Shown: piece after piece, positions 13,407 through 38,600 of the stretch
Position numbering within the stretch: position 1 is the stretch's first letter
Layout: each line of letters starts with the position of its first letter
DNA from: Callorhinchus milii
Lineage: Eukaryota
Direction: 5' to 3'
DNA: 64,000 nt
Assembly (NCBI RefSeq): GCF_018977255.1
Contig: NW_024704743.1
Span: 434,001 to 498,000, forward strand
Program-made: the position numbers and the translations under genes
Notes under the pieces: model-generated
Databases searched by the model: none
Seen by the model: only the letters and a program-made list of their open reading frames with translations
Told to the model about the DNA's origin: nothing

Positions 13407-16400
13407 TTCAGGTCAAGCGCTCCCCAAATGGGCTGATGCCGTCTCCTCTTTCACGCGGGGATGAATGAACGAAACCGATTCACTCCACTGCGTTACAATT
13501 GCTGAGCTGCACGACGGAAGATGACATTCTGTGTGCCGGCAGCAATAATACTCTTAGCTCCCATTACACATATCTATTTCCTTTGAGCTAAACTTTGTTC
13601 TCTCTCTCTTGGAGTGCGAGTGTTCAGTGCGCGGAGCTCAACACCAAGGATACGGACTTTATATTAGCTCCTGTGAGAACGGGGGGGACGGGGGGACGGG
13701 GGAGAGGGGGTTGAGAACATACGCACAGCCCGAGGGGATGTTTCGCTGGGAAATGGGATGTTTATTTTGGTATTTTAGAGGTGAACGGATACCGGGGTTA
13801 GAGCAGAGAGCTCCAGTGGGGGAGTGAGCACCAGCACAGACACCGCGATGATAATAAAATAATCCTTACGTTTGATATAGCGCCTTATCAAGTCATTGAA
13901 GCCTCTCGAAGCGACGAGACGGGCCTTGAAGGAGGCAAGGGAGGGGCGAGGTGGAGTTCCAGAGGGTGGGGGCAGAGTGTGGAGTAAGGACACTTGCCCG
14001 GGAATCGAACCAAGGCCCTCTCGTTTGCGCGGTTGGCTGCCGCGTTTCGCCCACAAAGATACAGTCACTGCACTTTACAGTGTATCCCGCGAAGCGCTTC
14101 GAGACGTCTCGGAGACGAGATGAGGCGCTGCAACAAATTCAAGGAATATTATTATTATTATTGCATTGCGTGATGTCGCACGACACTGCGTTGCCCCTGT
14201 GTGAGTATCTCTGCCATTCCCCCCCTTCCTGACAGTCTGGGCTAATCCTGAGGGTTTGAGCGGATTTGGAAGGGATGGGGTGGTGGGGGGGATTGGGTGG
14301 GGGGGGGGGGTTGGTGGAGACATGAAATCTGCCAACACAACGCAGTCAGCGTGAGAGAAGACACCACAGAACAAACCAGCTGTCTCTGTATGTATCTCTG
14401 TGCGTTTATCTGTATGTGTGTGTGTCTCAATCAATTGTATGTCTATTTGTGACATCAAGCGCTCTCTCTATTATTATTATTTTCCCCTCTCCCCCCCCCC
14501 CCCCCCCCCCACCGCACACACATACAAACATCCCCGACCCAGTCAGACAAGAGGGTCAGGAATACCTCAGCAAACAGAGACGTTATGGGGTTTAAGTGTT
14601 GGTGGGAACCTTGAAAAGGTTTCACTATAATTAATAATAGTCCTGTGGGACGGTTCCTCTTAGCTCACTCCTCTATCAAGGTGCAAGCTTCATTATCATT
14701 ATTATTCTCATTATTACTACCGTTACAATATTTATAATGGTTTATTGTATTGCACTCATTTTTATAATTTGCTTACAGTTGAGTCCCGTTGTGTAGTGGT
14801 CGGAGCGCTCTCGAGAGGGACCCGGGTTCGATTCCCGGGCAGGACAGGGCGAAACCTTAGGAACGTTATTATTATTGATTTTAATATTAAGATTGAAGAG
14901 AGCCCTCGCTTGTTAACTTGTCGCTCGTAACTCATCACCTCTTCTCAAACGCAAGCTTTATTATTATTATTATTAACTTCATTACTGTTGTTGTTTCCGT
15001 GACGGTTTGCGTTGCTGTAGCGCAACGCGAGGCAGGATTTGTGAGCGGAAAAGATCAGGTCCTGCAGTTTTGTTTGTGATTTATTACTAAGATAATAATA
15101 CAAATAATACAAAAATAATAGTGATAAAATATATTTCAACCACCTCAAACCCCACCCCCCCACTCTGCCCTAATGTCTCGCTCGCTCACTTACTGGTTCA
15201 ATGCCATCAATGGGTCATTGGACTCATACCATAGCTCATTCTCATGGGTGGGGGCGCGGAGGCGGGATTGGGGAGGGGGGGAAAATCTCTGGGAAGCTCT
15301 CTCTCTCTTGCTCTCTCTCCCCCCCCCCCCTCCCCTCTCTTTCTCTCTCGCTCTCACTCTCCCTCTCTCCGCCACAGCCCCCACTTCCTTCTCTCTGCCT
15401 CCCAGGACAACCCCCCACCGCCCACCACCACCTACTACTCTCTCGCTCCGTTTCCCTCTCTCCGTCCTCCCCCTCTCTCTTTCTCTTTCTCCCATCTCAA
15501 GTTTACATTGTCCTTCAGATAGATAGAGAGAGAGAGAGAGACCTTAAACCAAGGGCCCATCTGTGCGTGTTCAGGTGATATTAAATATCCCGCGGCTCGA
15601 TTTGAAAAGAGAGGCCGTTCCTCTCTCTCTCTCTCTCTCTCTGTCTCTCCTGGCGTCCTGGCCAACAATCCACCAGATTACACTGGTCAGTCAAGGGGCA
15701 ATTTCAGGACAGGAACCAGGAAGTGTTTCCTTTACCCAGAGGGTAATTAACAACCGGAACAGGGTGACCAGGAAAGGTGGTTGAGCCAAGACACTGGGAC
15801 TTGTTTAAATGCTGTGATGGGGGGGGGGGGGGGAGGAGAGAGGTGGGGTACAGTGTTGTAGGGGTTTTCTGGAGGTACAATAATATATATTAATGAACCT
15901 TACGGTTAATACAGCGCCTTGTTACATCTTCGAATAAGAAAACAGAGTAAATCTATACTAAGGGGGAGGCAAAGCCCCGGATACATTTCAGTATCTTAAC
16001 CTTTACACAGTGCAAAATTGCCAACCCGTTGTTTTATTCATTAAACCCCCTCCGGAGACAAAAGTCGGCATCACGGTGGGCATGTCTATTTGCCAAGGCC
16101 CCTCACACGAGGACCTGAATTACGCAGCTGGTGCTGAGTAAGCCTGGTACACGGCATTGGACTTGGACCTCGAGAACATCGAGGTGGTTGGCATGTCACA
16201 AGCTGCCCCTGTAAAGGCCCTCCCATCACGCTGGAGGCAGATGTCCATCCGGTAGCCGATGAGGAAACTCTGGGGCCACAGCTACTGGAACGAGTCCCAG
16301 TTCGTGACACGCATTCGTACGTCCAGCGACTGACACCCGCCTTGATTGGCCTGCAGTTCTTGCTTAAACTCCGCACCTCCAACTGGTGGACCCATCGCTC

Positions 16401-19400
16401 GATGGGAAGGGAGGTTTGCCCAAGCTGCGGGCAGGAAGATGGTGGCAACCGTCTCGTGCATTTCGCACTGAGCTGTGTTGCCTACCGGGAAGCTCACAGG
16501 AAGTTCCTGATACCATCCACCTACTGAGGGCTCAAACCCACTGCACTGCTGATGGCAGCACAGCCCGGCCCTGGCTCATCGGCAGGACCTGGAAGGGCCG
16601 ACCAGTCCACTGGGGGCAGGGAATCCTCCCCCTCAGCTCCTGTTGACCCCGCAGCCAAAGCCCTAATAGGGAGGGGGGTCCTAGGCTGGGCAAGCAGCGG
16701 GAAAGCTTGGCCGGACAGCGCTCTCGATGGCCGAGCTGTGTGTGTGGGTTTAGCTGGTTAGACTCCAGCAGTTACCTGCAGATCGCTTCAAAAAAAGTAA
16801 TAATAATAATGGTAATTTGGCCACTCAGTCAGCAACTGTTTGTAGGACACTGTCCTGTGCAATTGGCTGCCACCTTTAAATGCACAGTCACTCCACTTAA
16901 CAGTATGTCCCGTGAAGCGCTTTGAGAAGACGTCTCAACCACATGATAAGGCGCTGGATCAATTGCCAGGGTTATTACTATCATTATCCTCGCAGAGGCC
17001 AAGCGATGACTTGTGTAACGCTGTGTTCTTGGCACTTTGGATATTGGCGCAGACAGAAGATCAACACCTTCTGATCGGAAACTCGGAACAGATGGCGAGA
17101 GAGAGGCAGAACGTTTCCGTGGCTCACGCACTGACCAGGCCGGGGCGGGACAACAGCGACAACAGTAATGATGATAGCCCTCACGCCGGGGGCCCAGCAC
17201 CCGTCACGTCGGGTAGGACGTCTCAAAGCGCTTCGCGGGAATTTGCCGGGAAAGTGCGGCGACTGTGTTTTGTAGGCAAAACACGCGGCAGGGGGTTATT
17301 TGGCTCAAAAGCCATAATTTAACGCCTTATCCAAAGGACGGCACCTCGGACAAGGCTTTCTCTCCCCCACCCCCCACCCCCAGGGCTGAGCCGGAGCGTA
17401 GGGCAAGGACTCTGAGCTCAAACGTGCTGACATCCTGCCGTAGAGGTAGAGATGGGGGGGGGAAGGGGGAGGAAGAGGGAAGAATCTGATTAAAAAGGCG
17501 AGTCTTTGTTTGGTGAATTGGATGGAGAATGGTGGCTTTTAACAATTTCCCCGTAACCATGGCGACGTGGCAACGGTTGCCTTAGTGATTCAAACAAGTG
17601 CTTCGTTTGACCATCGCAACACAAGCCCCAAAGTGCCAATGGACCAAAAATACGGATGATTCGTATCGGATTGAGCTCAGAACCATCTGCGAAACAGTCC
17701 AGTGCAGGGCTGGGTGGGGGCGGGGGGTGGCGAGGGGCGAGGGGCGGGGGGAATGGGGAGGGGGAGCGCTGGGTACGTTTATCCTGTTGTTTTTCCCGGA
17801 ATTTGGGAATTTATTGCCCCTAACTATTGCCCCAAAAGCAGCGGGAAAGCCACAGGGTTTTAGCTGGTTAGACGCCAGAGGTTTCCCCAACACATTTTGC
17901 GGGCAAAACCCGGCAGACAATTGCGCACAGCAGCGTCCCACAAAACAGTCGTGGGTTGAGTGACCGGATTATCATTTCTTTTTTCAAGGAATTATTATCC
18001 CGGGAAAAGCGATCCGCTCGTCAACCAACAGCCAGGTTCCCGCTTACCTGCTGCCGGGTAGACAGAGACGTGAGCGGAGTAAGGAAACTTGCCTAAGGTT
18101 TCGCCCCGACCGGGAATCGAACCCGGGTCCTCTCGTCTGCGAGGCGAGCGCTCTAACCGCTGAGCTGCAGGACTCCATATAATAAGGCGCTATATCAAAT
18201 GCAAGGATTATTATTATTATTATTATTATTATTCCGTGAAGCACTGTGAGATGTTCTCCCGACGCGAAGTGCGCCGTATCAAATGCATTATTGTTATTAT
18301 TAACGATTAGAAGGACAGAGCCTGACTCAGTTTGCCAAGTAGCGGGTAAGAGGGTGCGCGCGTGAGCGCGTGTGTGTGTGCGTGCGTGTGTGTGTGTGTG
18401 TGCGCGCGCGCGCGCGAGAGAGAGAGTCTTGTATGATGGCGAATGGCTCACACAGAGCCCGAGCTGTGAGGATTACAGTCAGACAGACACAGCCGTCCCA
18501 TCGCATTAGCAACAGCCAATCGCTCAGCGCATTGGGGGAACTCAAGGACAAATAGATCAGATACGATACCCTCCGCCGTCACCACTGCCCCACACCTCCC
18601 TATTGTCAGGTACCCTTTGATCGACACCGAGCACCGGAGACAAAAGGCTTTCAGTTCGGAAAAGAGAGACTTGAAATAGGGCTTTTTTTTAAATTCGTCA
18701 GAATTAGGGCATGTACATCTCTTTAACCCATCACCCCCTGCCCTCCATCCCATTTTCTCCCTCGCCTTCCTTGCCGTGCCCCCCCCCCACCCCCCACTCC
18801 TTTCTCGGTTAGTCCTTAAAAGCCTCTCCCTCCCAACGTGTCCCAGTTCTGACGAAGGGTCGTGGATCCCGAAACGTCGACTGACTTTCACTTTCTCCAT
18901 AAGTCTGACCCGCTGAGTGTTCACAGCGATCTCTGTTTTTTGGGGGGTTTCACCAGAATAATTATAGCTGCTACTGGCTGTACCTTCGAACGAACCCAAG
19001 CCAGAGATGCTCCACCCTGTTTTCACCGGCCGGGTGTCTGACACGCACGAAACCCGCCACCGTGACCAGTCGGGTGTCTGACACACACTGACACTCATCG
19101 CCCTGACCGGTCGGGTGTCTGACATACACTGACACTCATCGCCCTGACCGGTCGGGTGTCTGACACACACTGACACTCATCGCCCTGACCAGTCGGGTGT
19201 CTGACACACACAGAAACCCACCACCGTGACCAGCCGGGTGTCTGACACACACTGACACTCATCGCCCTGACCGGTCGGGTGTCTGACACCCACTGACACT
19301 CATCGCCCTGACCAGCCGGGTGTCTAACACCCACTGACACTCATCGCCCTGACCGGTCGGGTGTCTGACACACACAGAAACCCATCACCTTCGCTTAAGA

Positions 19401-19480
19401 GTCTCCAAACACAACTGAGAATTCCCCGTCTCCCACCTCCACATGGAAATCCCAGAGAGAGATGGTTGGAATGGAATGCG

Positions 19481-19511
<31 letters not shown>

Positions 19512-22500
19512 CCTGGAGGGACGCCCCTCCCTGCTTACCTAATTCCAGAGAGTATTAGGCGCAGGTTGGCAAGAGCCAAGGCTTGGTGGAGGGGTGGGGG
19601 GGAGCCCAGAGTGTGCGTTGGGGTAACTGCTGACCAGCTAAACCCACACACAGCTCGGCCATCGAGAGCGCTGTCCGGCCAAGCTTCCCCGCCGCTTGTC
19701 CAGCCGAGGACCACCCTCCCCGTTAGTTATTTAGTTAGTTAGTTAGTTAGGGCTTTGGCTGTGGTGTTACCAGTTGCTGAGGGGGAGGATTCCCTGGCCC
19801 CCAGCACAGGAAGTGACGATACACAGGAAGTGACGCTTACAAGCTCTGCCTTTAACGCCCGGCAGCGCAGGTAGTGATGTCACAGTGACCGTAGAGTGCG
19901 GAAAACAGCCATTTTTAGGGTCAATAACCACAAAACAACACAAACAGATATAAATCTGGGGGAGGGGGAGCGGGAGCGGGCGGGGGGCGCGGGCGGGGGA
20001 GGGGGAGATTTAAAATAACCGTCTAAATTTTTTTGGAAAAAAACCAAAGTCTCTCCGTGTGTACATTTCGGTCTCCGAAGCCAACGCTTAAAATTCTAAG
20101 CTGCGTCTTAAGCTGCAGAGATCGACGGCTCCCGGCGGGACATTCTGCTTCAGCCCCAACGCGGTTAATTTCCGCAATTAATCGTCTTAATTTACTTTGC
20201 TTTTTCCCTGGACGTGAGATGTGGCGATTAAAAATTTCATTTGAATGCAGGATCCCACTGCAAACATTCTTAGATTTTGGGGGGTGGGGGCGGGGGGGAA
20301 AAAAAGAAGAGAGTTTCTCTCTCCCCCTCTGGAGGCGCTGGATCATTGGAGAGGCTCCTACATGTCCAGTGGCTCGACTGGCGATCGCTGTCCATTGTTG
20401 TGGGTGAACCCGGCAGCCATTTTGCTCCCAGAAAGGTTCCCACAGAGAGCCTTCAAATACCCAAACAAATACACAGCCCGTCCACCTGAAAAACTATAGG
20501 AGAGAGAGGTGGGGGCGGGGGGTGGGGAGGGAGAGAGCGAGGGTGCGGGAGGGTGAGAGGGTTTTGGGAGAGGGCGAAGAGGGACGCGTAGGGGTGGGGG
20601 AGTGAGGGTGGAGATGAGGGTTGGGATGAGGAAGGGTCTGTTCCTGACATTCACGTCCCATTGAATCTCCTTAAACACACAGTATAATATCTTACCCACC
20701 CTCCGTGTCCTTCGGTTGGCAGCAGTGAGTGTGAAGATGTTTCTCATCTTAGGATCTCTGACTCGATGCCAAAACAGCCTTTCGCAACGACATCGCAGAT
20801 CTTAATCACTTACAGAGCCAAACAATGGGCCGTATTGTGCGAGTTGTGTAAACTGTGGGGCACAGAGGGAGAGGCAGATGTCCTGAATTATGGAACTAAC
20901 GATCAATTCAACATTTCCTGACAGCGCGTCCGTCGCTCACTTCAATCGCTCTCGAGCAGTTCAGCTCCAACGCCACCCCGCCCGCGGATGCACCTCGTCC
21001 ACCCACAAATACACAGTCACCGCACCTTACGGCAAATCCTGTGAAGCGCTTTGAGACGTCCTCCCGATACCCAAAGCACCGTAGCAAATGTAAGGATTCT
21101 TTTTCTATCAAACGCAAGGGTCGTTCAACTGTGATTTTTGGTCACCGTTCCTCTCTCCCCATCTCGTCTGGAGCTCAGCCCCAGCTCAGGTGCCCAGCGG
21201 GGACTGTTAAACAACCTTGGGACACCCTCCCCACGCGAGAGGCGCCGTGTAACTGTAACCCGCATTGTACTGTGGAGATAGTGCAGGGGTTAGAGCGCTC
21301 GTCTCGCGAGCGAGAGGACCCGGGTTCCATTCCCCGGCAGGTCGGGGCGAAACCTTAGGCAAGTTTCCCCACTCCACACACACACACACACGCACACACA
21401 TGTGCGTCTGTTTACCAGCAGTCAGTAGGAACCCGGTTGTTAGTCAATGGGCGTATCGCTTTCCGGGGGTAATAATCCCCCCCAAAAAAAAATTGGGCTG
21501 CCGCATTTCACCCACAGAACACTTTACTGGCTATTCGGTAAAGCGCATTAACGGTGCGGATCCAGCACTTTGGGACGTCATCCTGACATGAAAGGCACTA
21601 TATACAAACGTAATTTGTTGTTGTCTCATGAAGCTAGACGTTATGTTTACTAAGTAATCTTCTGTTTTATTAACCGTTCTCTCTCTCTCTCTCTCTTTCT
21701 GTCTCCGCTTCGGTTTTTACGGCTGAACCGTTTATCTGGGAGTGATATCTACACTATCGTTGAGACGTCTCAAAGCGCTTCACAGGATATACTGCAAAGT
21801 GAGCCGACTATGTTTTGTGGGTGAAACGCGGCAGCCACTTGCGTCCAGCGGTTTATTGATAATAACCCTCCGGTCTGTCCGCTCCCACTGCGTGTCTTTC
21901 CAATTCCCCTAAAGATCACCTCCCTCTCCCCCTGGCGCTCCGGGACTCTACCCTGCGTGCAGGGTGCTGTATAAACACGAGCTGTTGTGGTCTGACTGCT
22001 CCGGGGGTGACTTCCTCGATCCCATTCGGCCACTTTCGAAAAAACCAGGGTGACGAACCGGCGAGGAACGCGGGCTCGGATAGGGTTAATCCCGTGGGCG
22101 GAAGGGGCCACAGAACAAGGCGAGGAGATTGTAAAGTGCACGAGCGATGATGAGACGTTCTCCGCTCAGCCATTACAAAGCTCTCTCCTGCTCAGCGAAG
22201 GTCAAGGCCAACCACTGAAGCTGTTATCAGCACAAGAGTGGCCATCTCCACGCTATGTGCTCGCTCGGGTGGCGAGCCGCTAGACTAACGGTTGCCTCAG
22301 CAACCAGCCAACCTGCGCGGTTGCTAAGGTGGGGGTGGTGGGGGGGGGGGGGGTGTGGTGGGATAACAAAAGATGTTTTGCTTCCGAGATTTCTGTCGGA
22401 ATTCTGCAAAAGTCTCCCCGGCTCCCTTGACAACCCGCTCCGCGTTAAAAGCAACTTTGGTTAATTGCCGGCAACAACAACAACAATAATAATAATAATA

Positions 22501-23824
22501 TTCCTTGCATTCGCCCCGATCACGTTGTAGAGACGTCTCCAAGCGCTTTGCGGGATACATTTGGGTACCTTGAGGGCGGAACGCGGAGGCCAATTCCGCA
22601 CACGGGCAGCAGCGTCCCGTAAACAGCCGCTGATTGAGTGACCAATTTTCTGTCGGAAAGGATTATTCCCTTTGAAAAGCGATCCCGCCGATCGACTAAC
22701 AACTGGGTTCCCCCCTTACTGCTGGGCAGACAGCGTGCGTGGAGGAAGGAAACCTATCGGTTCAGATGAAGGTCTCCCCATCACATCGTCGGGTATTTTC
22801 CCGCAGGAAATCCGTTCTAAATTGTCGTTGGGAGTTTCATTGTTCAAACACCTTTGAGATCCGGTACACCTCTGGTGAGGTGTCCAGGGATACGGAGCAA
22901 AGGCAGGAAATGGAGTTGGGCTACAGATCTGCCGGGGAGGAACAGGCTCAAGGGGCTGAATGGCCTATTCCTGTGCTCACCTCTCCCCCCGGCCCCCACC
23001 GTTCCCCCCCCCCCCCCCAAGCTTTACCTCACCCTCGGCTGCCATCGGAAACCTCCAGTTTCGCCCACAAAATACACAGTCGCTACGCTTTACAGTGGAT
23101 TCTGTGAAGCGCTTTGAGACGTCGCGACGACGTGATAAGGCGCTGTGCAGCAAAGGCAAGGATTCATTTCTCTGCCTCTGCTTTGTGGAACTCCACCCAG
23201 AGTCCCTATGTGTTGCCCCCCCCCACACCCCCCCACCACCTCCAACCCTATTTAAATCCCATCTCAGACCCTCTTTTTATGACCAAACTTTTGGTCACGT
23301 CCCACCACCCGCACCCAGCTCCTTCCTCTGTTTGTCCCACATTGACCCACAAAATACACAGTCACTACGCTTGACTACAGACAGCTGTGAAGCACTTTTG
23401 AGACGGTGTAAGGTTACGACGGTGGTGTAATCTGGCTGCTGCTGCCCCTGCAGATTAGACGGAGGTTTGCTGTCTGGCGGGTTATCAATAATAATAATCC
23501 TTGCGACTATTATTATTGGTGGGGGGGGGGGTTGTTGGCCAGGACACTGGGGACGGAGAAACCCCCTTCTCTTTTCGAACAGGGTCTTTAATGCCCAACT
23601 GGGACCTGCTTAAAGTCTCGTCCGAAGCACGGCCCCTCGACAACGCTCGTGCTCCCCCCAGTCAGCCTAGAGTCAGTCTAGACTGCGAGCTCAAAGTCCT
23701 GATGTGGGGGGGTTTGAACCCAAAGCCTTCTGACACCGAGGCAAGCGCGCAACCGACTGAGCCACCGCGCCCAACCTTAATAATCCTTCCACTTGCTAGT
23801 GCGCCTCGTCACATTGAGACGTCT
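13407..23824 (+). repeat. Segmental tandem duplication, copy B
   Basis: Starts TTCAGGTCRAGCGCTCCCCAAATG as at 2762; ends ACATTGAGACGTCT as at 13304; differs by SNPs, small indels and repeat-length changes. Confidence 0.97.
18844..18883 (+). ncRNA. Minimal type I hammerhead ribozyme motif (Penelope-associated)
   Basis: CAGTT-CTGACGA-A-GGGTC gtg GATCCC-GAAA-CGTC-GACTG: intact core boxes, stem I CAGTT/GACTG, stem II, palindromic ACGT in place of stem III. Confidence 0.6.
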
Positions 23825-26136
23825 TAAAAGTCCTTCACAGCCTATAATGTACAGTCAGTCGACTGTGTATTTTGCGGGCGAAACGGGGCGGCGAGATTGC
23901 TCGCGAGAGCGGCCCCTCAAACAGGGGTGGATCGAGCGACCAAATTATTATAATTATTATTATTATTTGGAGGGTTAATCCGACTTAACATAACGGGTTC
24001 CTACTTACTGCTACGTAAACAGAGGCGGGTGGGGGGGGAGAGTGAGGAAGCGTGCCTGTGGTTTCGCCTGGTCTGGGAACTGAATCTGCGCCCTCTCGCT
24101 TTGCGGGGCGAAAGGGCTACTCACTACGCGATGGGACTGCCCAGTGACCGAAGGCTCGGTCACTCGCTGATGGTGATGATGGTGGTGTGCGTGCGTGCGT
24201 GCGCGTGTGTGTGTATGTGTGGTGTGGGGTTGGGGGGGTTAGGAGGCAGCAAACCTCTTGTTAGCTGAGGTTCGAGCAATGCGCACGGCGAGGTACAAGC
24301 GACAAAAGAAACCGCACAATGAGAGCGCACAATGAGAAAGCGCTGGAAACTTTACAAAGGGTTTGCTCCCCGAGTTCCGGCTATCAAGGACACGCTCATT
24401 CAGCCTCTGCTTAGGAGCTTTGCGGCCGAGACAAAAGAGATGCCTCGGTGTGTACGGGAACAATTAAAACACGCTTAAAGCGGTGACTGTGCGGGGGGGG
24501 GGGGGGAGCGAAGAGAGGAAGGCAAGGAAAAAGGAAATCAAAGAGAGATGGGAATAAAGGCACACCTGAAGCGAGCGGAGACCTGAGAGAACATTGCATT
24601 TTGCTTTCTTTTTTTTGCTTAACGTTTTTATATTTCCCCCCTCTCGCGCCCCCCACCACCGTCCCCCTCCCATTTAATATTTCTCTTTTGCCCAACGCGG
24701 CAGACATTTGCGCACAGCAGCGTCCCGCAAACTAATTCAGATGTATAGCCGTTTGGGGTGTTCTTTGAGTCAGCTGCACCCGGAAACCCAGCGCACTGCT
24801 AAAGAGTCCTATTGATAATAAGAATTATTAACACTTAATTATTCATAATTAAAAAATTTATTGATAATGAGTTTGCAGGACAGCGCTGTGCGCGAATGGT
24901 CTGCTACATTTCGCCCACAAAATACACTCCACTTTAAGTATATCTGATGAAGTGCTGTGAGACGTCTCCACCACGTGATAAGGCAAAGGTAAGGATTATT
25001 ATTATTATCATCAAACATGGTGTCCATATTTAAAAATATTTAGGTAGTCAAGGGTATTGCGGGGAACTGCAAAAGGGAGGGGCAAGGGGATTAGAAGGTC
25101 TGCCAATATCTAGTAACGCTGTGAAACAGGCTTGATGGGCTGAATGGCCTCCTCCTGTTCCTGTATTCCTAAACCGCTTGAGTGGAGGTTTGGTCACCTT
25201 CCCCCTCACCAAACCAGGCTGACTGCCCTGTCACCACCAGCACTGATTCGATTTGATTTGATTGAAAATCCCTCTTTTTTTTTTGTCTCTTGCCAGTTCC
25301 CAAAAGCATAATTGCTGTTTTAAGCAAACGCATCGGAAGATAAATCGTCAAAAGAACCGGAGGGGAGACGAGGAGAAATTATCTTTTTTTTTAACGGTCT
25401 GGAATGCACTGATTGAAGCAGATTCAATAATAACTTTCAAAAGGGAATTGTATAGATATTTGAACAGGAATATGAAAGGCTGTGGAGTAAGAGTGGGGAA
25501 GTGGGGACTAGTTGGGGTACAGAAGCGATGGGCCGAATGGCCTCCTTCTGTGCTGTAAGATTCTTTGATTCTGAGGAAAGCACAGAAGCAATTAACAAAC
25601 AAACAGAGCGCAGAAAAAAACAGAACACGGAGAGGTTTTCTGTCATTTATCACTTTGTTGAGGTTGTGCGATATACAGTACAATATAGGAATGTACAGGA
25701 GACAGGTGTCAGCATTCTCCCATCTCCCTGCTCCTCTCCCCGAGACACCCGACTGACCAAAGACTTCCTTTGAGCTCACAAACCAGGCAGATGCTCCAGT
25801 GCAGTACGAGGAGAGCACTGCATTAAGAGGTGTCGTCCTTCAGACAAGACGTTAGACCCGAGGTTCTCTCTGTGCCTGTTCAGGTAGACGTTAAAGACCC
25901 TGACTGAAGCGAAGGGATTTGCCCCGTGTCCAAGCCAACAATGCCCCAAATAAAACCAGTTGTTCACATTATGGCTATTTATGGGTACGTGCAAAAAATC
26001 AGTCTCTACAAATAAACAGTCACTACACAGCGATTCCCCATGATACGCTTTGAGACAACATATTACATTCACGCAGCGTCTTTCATGTCGGGAGGACGTC
26101 CCGAGGCGCTGGACAGTCAGGGATTTGGATTTGGAT

Positions 26137-26142
26137 TTTATT
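26137..26142 (-). terminator. Candidate GARS1 polyadenylation signal AATAAA
   Basis: First minus-strand AATAAA I found downstream of the stop (~450 nt); no transcript support available. Confidence 0.35.
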
Positions 26143-26589
26143 TGAGAGAATCAAACGGAGTATATGGTAAAGTGCAGAGAGAGACGTGGATTTGTGGGGG
26201 GTGGGGATCAGTCTGTACAGGAGACAAGAGTTCCTGATTCTCCGGGGGATTCGCCGGAGGGTGAAAGGTAACGGACAAAAGGCTTGTGATACTCAGGGAG
26301 AGCGGGTGGGGGTGGGAAGCGAATCTGCTCGGGGGAGAAGAGGGAGATTCTGATGGGCGGGGGAGGAGGGCGGTGGTGGTGGGGGGGGGGCAACACGACA
26401 TGTCAAGCGACTGCCAGGATGGTGGAAGGAAGGTGAACTGGATGGACCTTGGTCTTCTTTCCCCAGCAAATTCCTATGCAGAATCTGTGCATGTGGTTGC
26501 GATGGGTTGGGGGGGGGGGGGAGGAGTATTTGTTGATGTGACACAGAGGAGGGAGAGGGGGTAAGATGAATCAGCCTGCCACATGCCCC

Positions 26590-38254
<11,665 letters not shown>

Positions 38255-38600
38255 GCGGCTGATGCAACACCGACTGCGATTCCGCCCTCAGCACATTCGC
38301 CACATCGCTCTCTCTCTCTCTCTGTGATCCGCTCCCGCACATTCGCCAAATAATAATAATAATAACAATAATAATAACAACAATAACAATAATAATAATA
38401 ATAACAATCGTTGCATAAGATTTCGGAGCAGGACATTCGGCCCCGCGAGGGTGAGGCCAGGACACTGGGAGCTTGACGGTGCGACGGGGGGACCGGGACG
38501 GGGACGGCGATGGAGGTCCTGGACTTGGACCGAAGGGACCTTCTCCGTCTGAACCGATCTTGTGACGCTCTATGTATCTTTCCGCCGCCACCGCCGCCGC
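38255..38600 (-). promoter_or_regulatory. GARS1 5'UTR/promoter: CpG-rich, CARE/ATF4-like TGATGCAAC (38260-38268), C/EBP-like TTATGCAAC (38418-38410), (AAT)n microsatellite ~38348-38408
   Basis: Motifs read directly; located immediately upstream of the first ATG. Confidence 0.6.

Noticed and set aside
1..26500. Expected syntenic neighbour CRHR2 (tail-to-tail with GARS1 in human)
   Set aside because: I found no class B GPCR exon in this interval
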